A stretch of 64,000 bases of DNA from Myxococcota bacterium (GCA_965228475.1 OZ245817.1:864001-928000), one strand, 5' to 3'. Counted from the stretch's first letter, positions 37,572 through 47,507 are shown. The notes: a model not told the origin generated them from the sequence alone. Made by a program: numbers and translations.

Positions 37572-38714
37572 CTAGCTGGTGCTCGGCCCCGGCGTGTCCG
37601 CCCCGGACTCCGGCAGCGTCGGCGGCGCGATGTAGTTCGCATCGACCCGGCCCGTCAGCGATTCGAGGAACGCGAGCAGGAGCCGCGTCTGCTCCGCGTC
37701 GAGCTGGCGGCCGAGCTGGTGCTTCGCCATCAGCCGGACCGCTTCCTCGAGGCTCGCGATGCTGCCGTCGTGAAAGTAGGGCCCGGTCTCCGCGATGTTG
37801 CGCAGGGACGGCACCTTGAAGAAGAACTTGTCCGCCTCGTTGCCCGTCGCCTTGAAGCGTCCGGTGTCCTCGGTCTCGTAGGGCTCGACGAGCCCGAGCT
37901 TCTGGTACATCCCGCCGCCGAGGGCCGCGCCGTTGTGGCACGTGGTGCAGCCGACGTCGAGGAAGATCTCGAGCCCGGCCTGGGCGTCCGCCGAAAGGGC
38001 GGCGTAGTTGCCCTGGAGGAAGTCGTCGAGGGGGCCGGGGGTCATGAGCCTGCGCTCGAAGGCGCCGATGGCGATGCCGACGTTCTCGTAGGTCAGCGCC
38101 TGGCCCTCGGCCTCGGGGAAGGCGGCGGCGAACAGGCCCGGGTAGTCCGGGATCGAAGCCAGAACGGCGAGCACGTCGGCTTCGCTCGCCATGGCCATCT
38201 CGACGGGGTTGAGGATCGGTCCGATCGCCTGGGCCTCGACGTCGGGTTCCCGGCCGTCCCAGAACTGGGCGACGTGCAGGGCGGCGTTGTAGACGGTCGG
38301 CGAGTTGCGGTCGCCCCGCTGGCCTTCGTGGCCGGGCGAGGTCGGCTCGCCATCGACGCCGAAGCGGTCGAGCTGGTGGCAGCTGTTGCAGGAGATGTCG
38401 TGGTTCGCGGAGAGCCGGGTGTCGTAGTAGAGCATCCGGCCGAGGTCGATGCGCTCGGCGGTGAGCGGCCGCTCGGCCGTTTCCGCGTCCGCGGGCAGGA
38501 TCCCGAGCACGGGCTTCGCCCGCTCGGCCAGGGCGCGGGCCTCGGCCGACGTGTCGGCCACCGGCGCAGGCTCCGGGACCGCCGCGGGTTCTTCGCTTCC
38601 GCCGCAGGCCACGAGGCCGGCCGCGGCGAAGGCGGCGAGGGCACCCGCCCGCAGGCAGAGCGGCGTTCGGGCGCTTCGGATCGGTCCATGGTTGCGTGCT
38701 CGGTGGTGCTTCAC
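37572..38714 (-). CDS. Di-heme cytochrome c peroxidase (CcpA/MauG family), lipoprotein
   Basis: LVAC lipobox; CNSCH and CTTCH heme motifs; RNSPTVYNA, QFWDGR and FKVPSLRNIAETGPYFHDGS. Confidence 0.93.
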   Translation of the reverse strand: MKHHRARNHGPIRSARTPLCLRAGALAAFAAAGLVACGGSEEPAAVPEPAPVADTSAEARALAERAKPVLGILPADAETAERPLTAERIDLGRMLYYDTRLSANHDISCNSCHQLDRFGVDGEPTSPGHEGQRGDRNSPTVYNAALHVAQFWDGREPDVEAQAIGPILNPVEMAMASEADVLAVLASIPDYPGLFAAAFPEAEGQALTYENVGIAIGAFERRLMTPGPLDDFLQGNYAALSADAQAGLEIFLDVGCTTCHNGAALGGGMYQKLGLVEPYETEDTGRFKATGNEADKFFFKVPSLRNIAETGPYFHDGSIASLEEAVRLMAKHQLGRQLDAEQTRLLLAFLESLTGRVDANYIAPPTLPESGADTPGPSTS

Positions 38715-38803
38715 GACGTCCTCCCCGTGTGAGCTTCGCATCGTAGGCTAAAGTCCCGTCTCGACAAGCGCTCCCCCCCGCGCGGTCACGCTCTGGGGGA
38801 ACC

Positions 38804-40612
38804 ATGTCCGCGGCCCACCGCCACCTCGGCCTGCATCGTCGTCCTCGTTTCGTCTCCGTCCTGCTCGGTCTGGCACTGCTCGTCCTGGGCGGTTTCCCGT
38901 CCGGTGAGGCCGCCGCCCAGGAGGCGGAGCCCGCGGCCGAAGCCGCCGCCCCCTCCCAAGTGGAGGAGGTCCCCTACGACGAGTTCGATCGCGGGACGCC
39001 CCGCGGGAGCGCCGTCGGGTACCTCGAAGCCGCGCGCGCGGACGACTACGAGCGGGCCGCCCGCTATCTCGATCTGCGGCGCATCGACCCTGGGCAGCGG
39101 GCGACCCGCGGGCCTCGCCTCGCCCGGGAGCTCAAGCTCGTGCTCGACCGCGAGCTCTGGGTGCCGGTGGACGAGCTTTCGGAGCGGGCGGAAGGCTTCC
39201 AGTCGGACGGCCTGCCGAAGGACACGGACCGCATCGGCGACATCGCCTCCGAGTCCGGGACCGTGCACGTCGACCTGAAACGGGTTCCCCGGGGAGACGG
39301 GACCCTCGTCTGGCTCTTCTCGGACGAGGTTCTCGCCCGCGTCCCCGCGCTCTACGAAGAGTTCGGCCACGGTCCGCTCGAGCAGTACCTGCCGAAGGTG
39401 TTCTTCGAGACCCGGGTGCTCGAGGTGCTCCTTTGGCAGTGGGCCGCGCTGATCGTGCTGCTCTTCGTGGCGTGGCTGCTCTCGTACGCGGTGGCCGCGG
39501 CGGTGGTCGGGGTGCTGCGCCCCGTCGTCGCGCGCACCGAGACCGACATCGACGACCGCCTGTTCGAGAGCACGCTCCCGCCGCTGCGGCTCGTCGCGGC
39601 GGTCTTCGTGTTCTGGGCAGGAACGCTGCCCCTCGGTCTGAACGTTCCGGCGCGGGAGTTCCTCTCGGCCGCCGAGCGCGCCCTCGTGCTGGTCGCCATC
39701 ACCTGGCTCGTGATCCGGCTCGTGAACCTGGTCGCCGAGATCGTCGAGAAGCGGCTCGAGGCCCAGGGTCAGGAGGAGGCCGTCCCGCTCGTCGCGCCGG
39801 GCCGCAAGGCGGTGAAGGCCGCGATCTACCTGATCACCTTCGTCGCGATCCTCGACAACTTCGGATTCAACGTGACGGCGCTCGTCGCCGGCCTCGGCGT
39901 CGGCGGCATCGCGGTGGCGCTGGCCGCCCAGAAGAGTCTCGAGAATCTGTTCGGCGGCATCATGCTCTACGCGGACCGGCCGATCCGCGTCGGCGACTTC
40001 TGCAAGTTCGCGGGCCAGGTCGGCACGGTCGAGGACATCGGCATGCGCTCGACGCGCATCCGCACGCTCGACCGCACCGTCGTGACCGTGCCGAACGCCG
40101 AGTTCTCGAACCTCCACATCGAGAACTACGCCATGCGGGACTTCATCCGCTTCTACACGGTGCTCGGCCTCCGCTACGAGACCAGCGCCGAGCAGCTTCG
40201 CCACGTCCTCGTCGAGATCCGCAAGCTCCTCTACGCCCACCCGAAGGTCTCGAAGGACCCGGCCCGCGTGCGCTTCATCAGCTTCGGCGCGTACTCGCTC
40301 GACGTCGAGGTCTTCGCCTACGTCACCACGTCGGACTGGGCGGAGTTCGTCGGCATCCGGGAGGACCTGATGCTGCGCATCATGGACCTCGTCGACGCCA
40401 GCGGCAGCGGCTTCGCCTTCCCGTCGCAGACCCTCTATCTCGGGAAGGACGACGGCCTCGACGGCGAGCGCGCCACCGCGGCGGAGGCCGAGGTGCGAGC
40501 CTGGCGCGAGCGCGAAGAGCTGCTCCTGCCGGACTTCCCGGACGCCACGATCCGCGAGCTCGAGGGCCAGCACCCCTGGCCGCCGGAAGGGGCGCCCGCA
40601 AAGCGGACCTAG
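38804..40612 (+). CDS. MscS family mechanosensitive channel with periplasmic N-terminal domain
   Basis: AGLGVGGIAVALAAQ, DRPIRVGDFC, GTVEDIGMRSTRIRT and FAFPSQT motifs. Confidence 0.93.
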   Translation: MSAAHRHLGLHRRPRFVSVLLGLALLVLGGFPSGEAAAQEAEPAAEAAAPSQVEEVPYDEFDRGTPRGSAVGYLEAARADDYERAARYLDLRRIDPGQRATRGPRLARELKLVLDRELWVPVDELSERAEGFQSDGLPKDTDRIGDIASESGTVHVDLKRVPRGDGTLVWLFSDEVLARVPALYEEFGHGPLEQYLPKVFFETRVLEVLLWQWAALIVLLFVAWLLSYAVAAAVVGVLRPVVARTETDIDDRLFESTLPPLRLVAAVFVFWAGTLPLGLNVPAREFLSAAERALVLVAITWLVIRLVNLVAEIVEKRLEAQGQEEAVPLVAPGRKAVKAAIYLITFVAILDNFGFNVTALVAGLGVGGIAVALAAQKSLENLFGGIMLYADRPIRVGDFCKFAGQVGTVEDIGMRSTRIRTLDRTVVTVPNAEFSNLHIENYAMRDFIRFYTVLGLRYETSAEQLRHVLVEIRKLLYAHPKVSKDPARVRFISFGAYSLDVEVFAYVTTSDWAEFVGIREDLMLRIMDLVDASGSGFAFPSQTLYLGKDDGLDGERATAAEAEVRAWREREELLLPDFPDATIRELEGQHPWPPEGAPAKRT

Positions 40613-41913
40613 CCGGTGCTCGCGCCCATCGCCTCGAGCACGTTCGCGCGGTGGCCGAGCGTGTGGGCGATGCCCGAGAGCAGCGAGAACACCCGGCCGA
40701 CGAGCACGAAATCGCTCGGCACGCGCACGACCGGGTTCTCGCGGATCGCCTCGAAGAGCTCGTCGGTCATCTCCTCGGTGAACTCGCCCTCGAAGCGGCC
40801 CGTGTCGCTTCGGCTCATCATGCGGCGGGCGATGCCGACGAAGGTCGTGGTGTCGCCGCTCTTCGTCTCGAAGCCGAGCTCCTGGAAGGCGCGCACCATC
40901 GCCGCTTCGTTGAGCGTCATCATCGAGAACATCAGCTCGAACAGGCCGAGGCCGAAGCCCTCGGGGAGCTCCTTGGCGAGGCCGAAGTCGAGCAGGACGA
41001 GGCCGCCGTCCGGGCGCACGAAGAGGTTTCCCGGGTGCGGGTCCGCCTGGAAGAAGCCCTGGGCGAGGATCATGCGGACGTAGCTCGAGAGCAGGAGCTG
41101 CACGAGCTCGGCGCGGCCGACGCCCGCGGCGTCGAGCGCCTCGCGGTCCGTGATCTTCATGCCCTCCATGAGTTCCATCGTGAGCACGCGGCGGGAGCAC
41201 CATTCGCGGTGGATCTCGGGGACGTGGATGGCGGGGTCGTCGGCGAAGAGCTCGCGGACGCGGTCGGCGTTGTCGGCTTCGCGAACGAAGTCGAGCTCGA
41301 GGGCCAGGTGCTTCGTCAGTTCGTCGAGCAGGGGGAGGAGTTCCATCGGCTGCGGGTCGAAGTACTCGTAGACCCGGCAGGCGCGCCGCAGGTTCGCCAG
41401 GTCGTGGGGGACGAGCTGTTCGATCTCCGGGTACTGGACCTTCACGGCGACGGCGCGCCCGTCGTGGAGCCGCGCGCGATGCACCTGGGCGAGGGAAGCC
41501 GACGCGAGCGGCTTCGGGTCGAACTCGGCGTAGACCGCATCGAGGGGCTTGCCGAGTTCGCGCTCGACGACGGCGCGCACCGTCGCGAAGTCGCGCGGCG
41601 GAACGGCGTCGTGACACTGCTTCAGGATCTCGATGAAGGGCGGCGGAAAGACGTCCGCGCGCGTCGCGATCACCTGGCAGGCCTTGATCACGACGCCGCG
41701 CAGGGAGAGGGCGGTGGCCAGGGCCTCGCGGGCGGCCCGTTCGTGGGTGGCGTCGAGGTTCTCGGGCTCCGGCCGACGGAGCGCGCGCCGCGCGTACTCG
41801 GGAACCTTGTAGACGGCCCAGATCACGATGCCCGCGCGGGCGATTCGCACGGCGCGGCGGGCGCGCTCGAACAGACCGACGGGCGCGCCCGCCGGAACGG
41901 AGGGATCCGTCAC
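40609..41913 (-). CDS. ABC1/UbiB/AarF family atypical kinase
   Basis: IKACQ, PLASASLAQVHRA, VAVKVQYP, ELDFVREA, FFQADPHPGN and LLDFG motifs. Confidence 0.92.
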   Translation of the reverse strand: MTDPSVPAGAPVGLFERARRAVRIARAGIVIWAVYKVPEYARRALRRPEPENLDATHERAAREALATALSLRGVVIKACQVIATRADVFPPPFIEILKQCHDAVPPRDFATVRAVVERELGKPLDAVYAEFDPKPLASASLAQVHRARLHDGRAVAVKVQYPEIEQLVPHDLANLRRACRVYEYFDPQPMELLPLLDELTKHLALELDFVREADNADRVRELFADDPAIHVPEIHREWCSRRVLTMELMEGMKITDREALDAAGVGRAELVQLLLSSYVRMILAQGFFQADPHPGNLFVRPDGGLVLLDFGLAKELPEGFGLGLFELMFSMMTLNEAAMVRAFQELGFETKSGDTTTFVGIARRMMSRSDTGRFEGEFTEEMTDELFEAIRENPVVRVPSDFVLVGRVFSLLSGIAHTLGHRANVLEAMGASTG

Positions 41914-43043
41914 GCGGCTTCCGGGGAGCCCGGCTCGCCGTCTCCGGCGCGTTCGCCGGGCTCGAAGCCCGTCGAGGCCGGCGGCGTCCACGGGCTCTCG
42001 AGGGCATCGAGCCGTTCGATCAGGTCCTGCCCCTTCCCGGCGCGCTCGATGGCGGCGGCGAGCCCCTCGCGCACGTCGCCGCGGTTCTCCTTCGGGCGCT
42101 GGGTCGTGAGCATCTTCAGGTTCGCGTGCATCAGGCGACGCACGGCGGTTTCGCCCGAGAGCGACTTGCCGTCGACGGTGCGGAGCGTCCGCGCGGCGAC
42201 CTCCGAGAGCGCGGTTCGCAGGTATTCGACGTGGGGCGACTCGTCGCTCCGGATGTAGGAAACCATCGCGCCGGCGCGCTCCGGCTCCGCCGAGGCCTCG
42301 GGGTCCGAGAGCAGGCGCTCGCCCCAGTCGAAGGTGCGCGCCGCGAAGATCTCGATGGCGAGGACGCCGGCCATGGTGCCGAGCATGCGCTCGAGCTCCG
42401 GCGCCAGCTCCGGCAGGAGCCGGGTGCGCTCCCGCTTCGCGCGTCGGCCCATGATGCGCATGAGGACGTCGCTCGGAACCTTCGGGTTCTCGAAGGCGAG
42501 ATCGCGCGCCGCTTCCCACATCTGCTTGTGGCCGCCCTCGTCGCGGTGCCCGGCTTCGTCCCGGGCGTGGGCTTCGAAGAGCCCGCGGTCGAGGTGGGCG
42601 AGGGCGGTCCCTTCGATGGGTTCGACGAGATGCTCGCGCAGCGGCGGAACCGGAACGTCGCGGATGATGGCGCCGAAGCCCTCGACGATCGAGATGATCG
42701 TGAGCGCCCGGACGATCGGCTCCGTCACCCCTTCGGAGATCAGCAGCTTGGCCTGCTCGACGCTCGGGTACTGCGGCGGCATCAGGCCCGGTGCGACTTC
42801 GAGCAGCGCGTGGCCGTCGCGCTCGAGCTGCGCCTGCCAGGCGCGGATCGCGGGCACGCGGTGGGCGGTGCGGGGGGAGCGGTAGGTCCCCGCCTCGTCG
42901 AAGCCGCCGTGGCAGCGGATCTCGCCTGCGAACAGCGGCGCTTCGTATCCGCCGCTGTCGAGAAGTTCGTTCGCTTCGTACTCGGTCCGGTCGTCGAACG
43001 AGTTCTCTGTTTCGTACTCGGTCCGGTCGTCCATGTCGTCCAT
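41910..43043 (-). CDS. Ferritin-like diiron-carboxylate protein, function unknown
   Basis: IVEGFG, RDEAGH/RDEGGH, IEIFA and IRSDESPH ligand pattern; ATG 43043 overlaps the yqgE-like stop (TGATG). Confidence 0.7.
   Translation of the reverse strand: MDDMDDRTEYETENSFDDRTEYEANELLDSGGYEAPLFAGEIRCHGGFDEAGTYRSPRTAHRVPAIRAWQAQLERDGHALLEVAPGLMPPQYPSVEQAKLLISEGVTEPIVRALTIISIVEGFGAIIRDVPVPPLREHLVEPIEGTALAHLDRGLFEAHARDEAGHRDEGGHKQMWEAARDLAFENPKVPSDVLMRIMGRRAKRERTRLLPELAPELERMLGTMAGVLAIEIFAARTFDWGERLLSDPEASAEPERAGAMVSYIRSDESPHVEYLRTALSEVAARTLRTVDGKSLSGETAVRRLMHANLKMLTTQRPKENRGDVREGLAAAIERAGKGQDLIERLDALESPWTPPASTGFEPGERAGDGEPGSPEAA
42975..43043 (-). repeat. Duplications at the gene start: 21-bp repeat with period 36 plus a 9-bp tandem ATGGACGAC
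   Basis: ttcgtactcggtccggtcgtc at 42975 and 43011; gtcgtccat at 43026 and 43035; protein reads MDDMDDRTEYETENSFDDRTEYEANE. Confidence 0.85.
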
Positions 43044-43618
43044 CAGTGAACTCCTGGGGTGGCGACGAGGCTGCTCGGGTCGACCCCGAGGCCGCGGACC
43101 ACGTGTTCCCACATGTCGTCGGGCGCGACGCGAAAGACGGAATCGGCGCAGAGCGGCGCCAACAGCCAGGCGCCCTCGGCAAGCTCGTCCTCGAGCTGGT
43201 GCGGCCCCCAGCCGGAGTAGCCGAGCATCATGCGCAGGGGCTCGGGCGGGGAGGGGGCGAGGCCGCGGAGCGTTTCGAGGGAGCCACACACGGCGATCCC
43301 CGGTGCGAGCCGGTTCACCCCTCCTTCGGGGTCGGCGATGCGCGCCTCCGGGATCGAGCGGTCGTCGAAGACCACCCAGCCCGTGTCGGGCTGGACCGGG
43401 CCGCCGAGACAGAGGCGCTCCTCGGCGTCGCCGTTCCAGGTGATCTCGAGGTCTTCACAGAGGGTGCGGATCGGGATCTCGGTCGGGCGGTTCACGACCA
43501 GGCCGAAGGTGCCTTCGTCGTCGTGATGGATCAGCAGGACGACCGAACGCTTGAAATTCGGGTCGAGGAGCTGCGGCATGGCCACCAACAGGGCCGGTGC
43601 GAGCGAGGGCCCGGACAC
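43043..43618 (-). CDS. YqgE/AlgH (DUF179) family protein
   Basis: LLVAMPQLLDPNFKRSVVLL, GLVVNRP, GGPV and GYSGWGPHQLEDE motifs. Confidence 0.93.
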   Translation of the reverse strand: MSGPSLAPALLVAMPQLLDPNFKRSVVLLIHHDDEGTFGLVVNRPTEIPIRTLCEDLEITWNGDAEERLCLGGPVQPDTGWVVFDDRSIPEARIADPEGGVNRLAPGIAVCGSLETLRGLAPSPPEPLRMMLGYSGWGPHQLEDELAEGAWLLAPLCADSVFRVAPDDMWEHVVRGLGVDPSSLVATPGVH

Positions 43619-43671
43619 ATCGGAAGGGTAGCAGCCCCCGTCCGCGTGGCCGGATCCACTACGCTGCGGCC

Positions 43672-44550
43672 ATGGACGATCCCCGCGCGAGCGCCCCGGG
43701 GCCGGACGGCGCCGAGCCGACCGGCACCGCCTTCGCCCCGCGCGTGGCCGAGGCCGCGGCCTGGTTGGCGGCCGCTTTCGCCTTCTTCCTCGCGGGCTCC
43801 CGCATGCCGCGCGGCGGACCCGAAGCGATGGCCTGGGTCGCGGGCGCGACCTCGGCCGGCCTGCTGTGCTTCGCCCTGTTCGGGGCGGCCCTCTCGAATC
43901 GCTCGAAGGCCGTCCGGCTCGGTTGGACGCCCTCGGGCCTCGCACCGGCGGTCCAGGCGGGCCTCGTCCTCGGCCTGCTCGCGGCGAGCCAGCTCGTCGA
44001 CTGGACGATCGCGCTCGCGGGACTGCGCGAGGTCGGGACGCTCGCCGAGTTCCGGGAGGAGGTCGCGGGCGTTTCCGGGTGGACCTTCCTGGCCTGTCTC
44101 GTCGGCCTGGCCGTACTCCCGGGTTTCGGGGAAGAGCTCGCCCTGCGCGGATTCCTCCAGCGCGGGCTCGCGCCGCACCTCGGCGCGCCCGCCGCGGTGG
44201 CCGTGGCCTCCGCGCTCTTCGCGGCCCTCCATGCGGACTGGATCCATTCTGCAGGGGCCTTCGTGCTCGGCCTCTATCTCGGCGCGGTGACGGCGCTCGC
44301 CGGGAGCGTGCGGCCGGCGATCCTCTGCCATCTGGTGAACAACCTGATCGCCACGACGAGCGTCGCCACGGGCTTCCACGCCCTCGGCCCGGCGCTGGTC
44401 GTGTCCGGCCTCCTCGCGGGCCCCTGGGCCTTTCGGCGCCTGACGTTGCACGCGCGAGCTGCGCGTCGCGTGAGCGAAGCTGCGTTCCGGCCGCTCGACC
44501 GAACCCCCGACGCGCCCTCGGGTGGAGCCCCGGGGTCGCCGCCCGTCTGA
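43672..44550 (+). CDS. CPBP (CAAX/Abi) family intramembrane glutamic endopeptidase
   Basis: EELALRG, FAALH and HLVNN motifs in a polytopic protein. Confidence 0.9.
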   Translation: MDDPRASAPGPDGAEPTGTAFAPRVAEAAAWLAAAFAFFLAGSRMPRGGPEAMAWVAGATSAGLLCFALFGAALSNRSKAVRLGWTPSGLAPAVQAGLVLGLLAASQLVDWTIALAGLREVGTLAEFREEVAGVSGWTFLACLVGLAVLPGFGEELALRGFLQRGLAPHLGAPAAVAVASALFAALHADWIHSAGAFVLGLYLGAVTALAGSVRPAILCHLVNNLIATTSVATGFHALGPALVVSGLLAGPWAFRRLTLHARAARRVSEAAFRPLDRTPDAPSGGAPGSPPV

Positions 44551-44648
44551 CGCACGCCGAGGTTCACCCGGGCCGCGATTCGGTCGATGCAGCGGAGAGG
44601 ATGCCTCCTCACGTTTCGAGGAAGGCCTCCGCGCGAAAGGCCGAACCC

Positions 44649-45725
44649 ATGTCCTTCCCTCCCTCCGTATTGATGCTCGACGACGGCGAACTCGGTGACG
44701 TCCGCCGCCTGCTCGAAGACCTCGGCGTCGACTTCGTCCACCTGCGGGGCGCGGCCATCAGCGACGGCCTCGAAGCGCCGCGCGATCTCCTGCTGACGAC
44801 CTCCCGCCGGGCCCAGACCATTCCGCGCAGCGCGGCGGGCCCCGTCCGCGTGGTGGTGGCGAGCGAGGACGCCGAGACCCTGCGCGAGCGCCTGCGCAAG
44901 GACGGCGTCGACTTCATGGTGCGGCGCCCCGTCCATTCCGAAGCGCTCCGCCTGCTGGTGCTGCGGGCGCTCTACCGCGGCCCCGAGAAGCGCCGCGCGA
45001 TCCGCGTTCCCTTCGGCGTGCCGGTCCTGTGCCGGATCGACGGCTCGCGCAGCGAAGCCGTGCTCGCGGAGCTCTCGACCGGCGGCTGCCGCCTGCTCCT
45101 GCCGACGCCCTGTGCCGTCGGAAGCGAAGTCGAGGTGAACGTCCCGGCGGAGGCCGATGGCGAGGCGCCCCTGGTGCTCACGGGCACCGTCCTGCGCGCC
45201 CACGACGATCCCCACGAGACCTCGGTGGCGCTCGCGTTCCCGGAGTTCGATGCGGACACGGAGGCGGGCCTCGCACGGGCCCTGCTGCGCCGCGCGGTGG
45301 CGAGCCCGGAGGGCGGGGTGAGCGAAACCGCCAGCGACGAAGAGCGCCGCAGCCACGCGCGGCGCCCCTTCGAGACGACCGTGACGGACCTGACGCGTGA
45401 GGCGAGCCGCGCGCTCGTCGGCCGCGACATCTCGCTCGGCGGCATGCGCATCGACGCGCACCCGGAACTCAAGGTCGGCGACGTGCTGACCCTGGCGGTC
45501 TACGGGAACACGGACGGCCCGCCCCTCGAGGTGAAGGCCGAAGTCGCCCGCGATGATGGGGAAGAAGGGCTCGGTCTCGTCTTCCGGGACGTCTCGGCCG
45601 ACGCCGCGCAGCGCCTGGAAGCGTTGGTGCTCGCCATGCCGAGCATCGAGCCCCTGGCCGACGGGGAGGCCGCCGCCATGGGCGCCGTCCTCTCCCGCAT
45701 CCTGCCCGATCGCGAAGAGGGCTAG
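44649..45725 (+). CDS. Double PilZ-domain protein with degenerate receiver-like N-terminus
   Basis: EKRRAIRVP...ELSTGG and ERRSHARRP...DISLGG (RxxxR and D/ExSxxG motifs, twice). Confidence 0.85.
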   Translation: MSFPPSVLMLDDGELGDVRRLLEDLGVDFVHLRGAAISDGLEAPRDLLLTTSRRAQTIPRSAAGPVRVVVASEDAETLRERLRKDGVDFMVRRPVHSEALRLLVLRALYRGPEKRRAIRVPFGVPVLCRIDGSRSEAVLAELSTGGCRLLLPTPCAVGSEVEVNVPAEADGEAPLVLTGTVLRAHDDPHETSVALAFPEFDADTEAGLARALLRRAVASPEGGVSETASDEERRSHARRPFETTVTDLTREASRALVGRDISLGGMRIDAHPELKVGDVLTLAVYGNTDGPPLEVKAEVARDDGEEGLGLVFRDVSADAAQRLEALVLAMPSIEPLADGEAAAMGAVLSRILPDREEG

Positions 45726-45759
45726 CGCTTCCCGAAACGAAGGCCCTGGGTGTGCGGCG

Positions 45760-45864
45760 CTAGCCCTGTTCCTTGGCCGCCGCCTTCTTGCGCTTCAGCC
45801 GGCGCTTGCGCTTGTGGGACCAACGGGTGCGCTTGATCTTCTGCTTGTTCTTGCTGCGAGCCAT
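45760..45864 (-). CDS. Small highly basic protein, 34 aa (MARSKNKQKIKRTRWSHKRKRRLKRKKAAAKEQG)
   Basis: Perfect AGGAGG RBS; AAG/CGC codon usage typical of this genome's real genes; fills an intergenic gap downstream of the nfuA-like gene. Confidence 0.8.
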   Translation of the reverse strand: MARSKNKQKIKRTRWSHKRKRRLKRKKAAAKEQG

Positions 45865-45917
45865 GAATCCTCCTCGCCGCGCCGATGCGCCACGATGTTT
45901 CGTGTCTTCGGGCCGCG

Positions 45918-46475
45918 CTAGAGCGCGACGACTTCCTGGATCTCCGGAATCTCCTGCCGCAGCCGCTCTTCGATGCCCATCTTGAGCGTCATCGTCGAGC
46001 TCGGGCAGCCGGCGCAGGAGCCCTGGAGGTAGACCTCGACCCGGCCGTCCTGGTAGCCGGCGAAGATGATGTCGCCCCCGTCCTGGGCGACGGCGGGCCG
46101 GACCTCGCTTTCGAGGATCTCGCGGATGCGGTCGGCGACCTCGCCGCCCGGTCCGCTCTCCGAGGGTTCCCATTCGGGCCCGAGCGCGGGGACCTCGGCC
46201 GCCACGTGGGCCTTGATCGCGTCCACGACGAACTGGGCGAGATCCGCCCAGTCGAGCTCCTCGCGCTTGGTGACCGTGACGAAGTTGCCCGCGACGAAGA
46301 CGCCCTCGACGCCGTCGACGGCGAACAGGCGGGAGGCCAGCGGCGAGACGCCCTCGGAGACCGGCTCGTCGAAATACGCACCGCCGGCACCTTCCACGAG
46401 CGGCTGACCGAGTACCCACTTCACGCTGTTCGGGTTCGGCGTGCGCTCCGCGTGCATCCGGAATCCGAGATCCAT
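45918..46475 (-). CDS. NifU/Nfu family Fe-S cluster carrier (Nfu_N plus CxxC domain)
   Basis: ERTPNPNSVK, SPLASRLF, VRPAVAQDGGDI and GSCAGCPSSTMTLKMGIE motifs. Confidence 0.93.
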   Translation of the reverse strand: MDLGFRMHAERTPNPNSVKWVLGQPLVEGAGGAYFDEPVSEGVSPLASRLFAVDGVEGVFVAGNFVTVTKREELDWADLAQFVVDAIKAHVAAEVPALGPEWEPSESGPGGEVADRIREILESEVRPAVAQDGGDIIFAGYQDGRVEVYLQGSCAGCPSSTMTLKMGIEERLRQEIPEIQEVVAL

Positions 46476-46518
46476 CGCCTCTCCTCGCGCCCCGTCCAGT
46501 CGGAGCCCAGGGAGGGTA

Positions 46519-47391
46519 TCAGCCCGACAGGGCCGCGGACAGGAGCGTGTCCGAGGATTCCGCGGCCGCGACGACCTCGACGGTCAGCTCGCTGACCTTG
46601 CCCTCTTCGACGCCCAGGGCTTCGAGAGCGGCGGCGTCCCGGGGTTCGGGCTCGGCCGGAGAGCAGCGCCCGTTCTGGCCCAACACGAAATCGGCGGCGG
46701 CGACGACCAGCACGAAGTCCCGGCCGTCCTCGGGCGCGCCGCTCGCGCGGTGGTGGTGCTCGGCGGCTGCGGCGACCTCGAGCGGCAGGCCCCAGCGGCG
46801 GATGAGCGCCGCCCCGGCCTGCTGGTGGTCGGCCCCGAGCCGTTCGAGCTCCACCTCGTGGAGGACCTGTCCCTTGGCGCGCGCCTCGGAGACGAGCTCC
46901 GTGAACTCGTCGCCGAGGTGCTGGAGGAAGAGCAGGCTTCCGACGTCGTGGAGCAGCCCGGCCAGGAAGTAGGGGTTGTCGCGCGGGTTCCGCGGCGCCT
47001 GGATGCCCGGGACGCACTGGGCAACGGCTCCCGCGGCGACCGCGCTCGAGAAGCTGTGGCGCCAGAACTCGCCGAAGTCGAGCCCTTCGAGCCCGTCGAA
47101 GGTCCGAACCACGCCGATCGAGACGACGATGTTCCGCACGCTGCGCAGGCCGATCCGGCCGATGGCCTCGTGGATCGAGGTGGTCGAGAGCCCGCAGGCG
47201 TTGAACATCACGCTGTTCGCCATGCGCAGGATCTGTCCCGTGAGCGCCGGGTCCTGGGCGATCAGGTTCGCCACGGTTTCGACGTCGACGTCGTCCGCGT
47301 CGAGCGCCTGCATCACGCGGGTCACCACCTCCGGGAGCGTCGGCAGGGCGTCGACCTCGGTGAGTTCCTTCATGATGTCGCGGTCCGCCAA
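46519..47391 (-). CDS. HDOD domain protein
   Basis: LPTLPEV, DPALTGQILRMANS, FWRHS, AGLLHDVG and WGLP....HH motifs. Confidence 0.92.
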   Translation of the reverse strand: MADRDIMKELTEVDALPTLPEVVTRVMQALDADDVDVETVANLIAQDPALTGQILRMANSVMFNACGLSTTSIHEAIGRIGLRSVRNIVVSIGVVRTFDGLEGLDFGEFWRHSFSSAVAAGAVAQCVPGIQAPRNPRDNPYFLAGLLHDVGSLLFLQHLGDEFTELVSEARAKGQVLHEVELERLGADHQQAGAALIRRWGLPLEVAAAAEHHHRASGAPEDGRDFVLVVAAADFVLGQNGRCSPAEPEPRDAAALEALGVEEGKVSELTVEVVAAAESSDTLLSAALSG

Positions 47392-47507
47392 CGCAGGGTC
47401 CCCCGGACCCGTGCCGGAATTGGCGCGCGCGGTCCTATCCCCCGTTTCGAGTCATTGGGCGCGCGACTTGAGAAATCTCGATGCATGGCCCCAGGCGGGG
47501 CAGGGTT

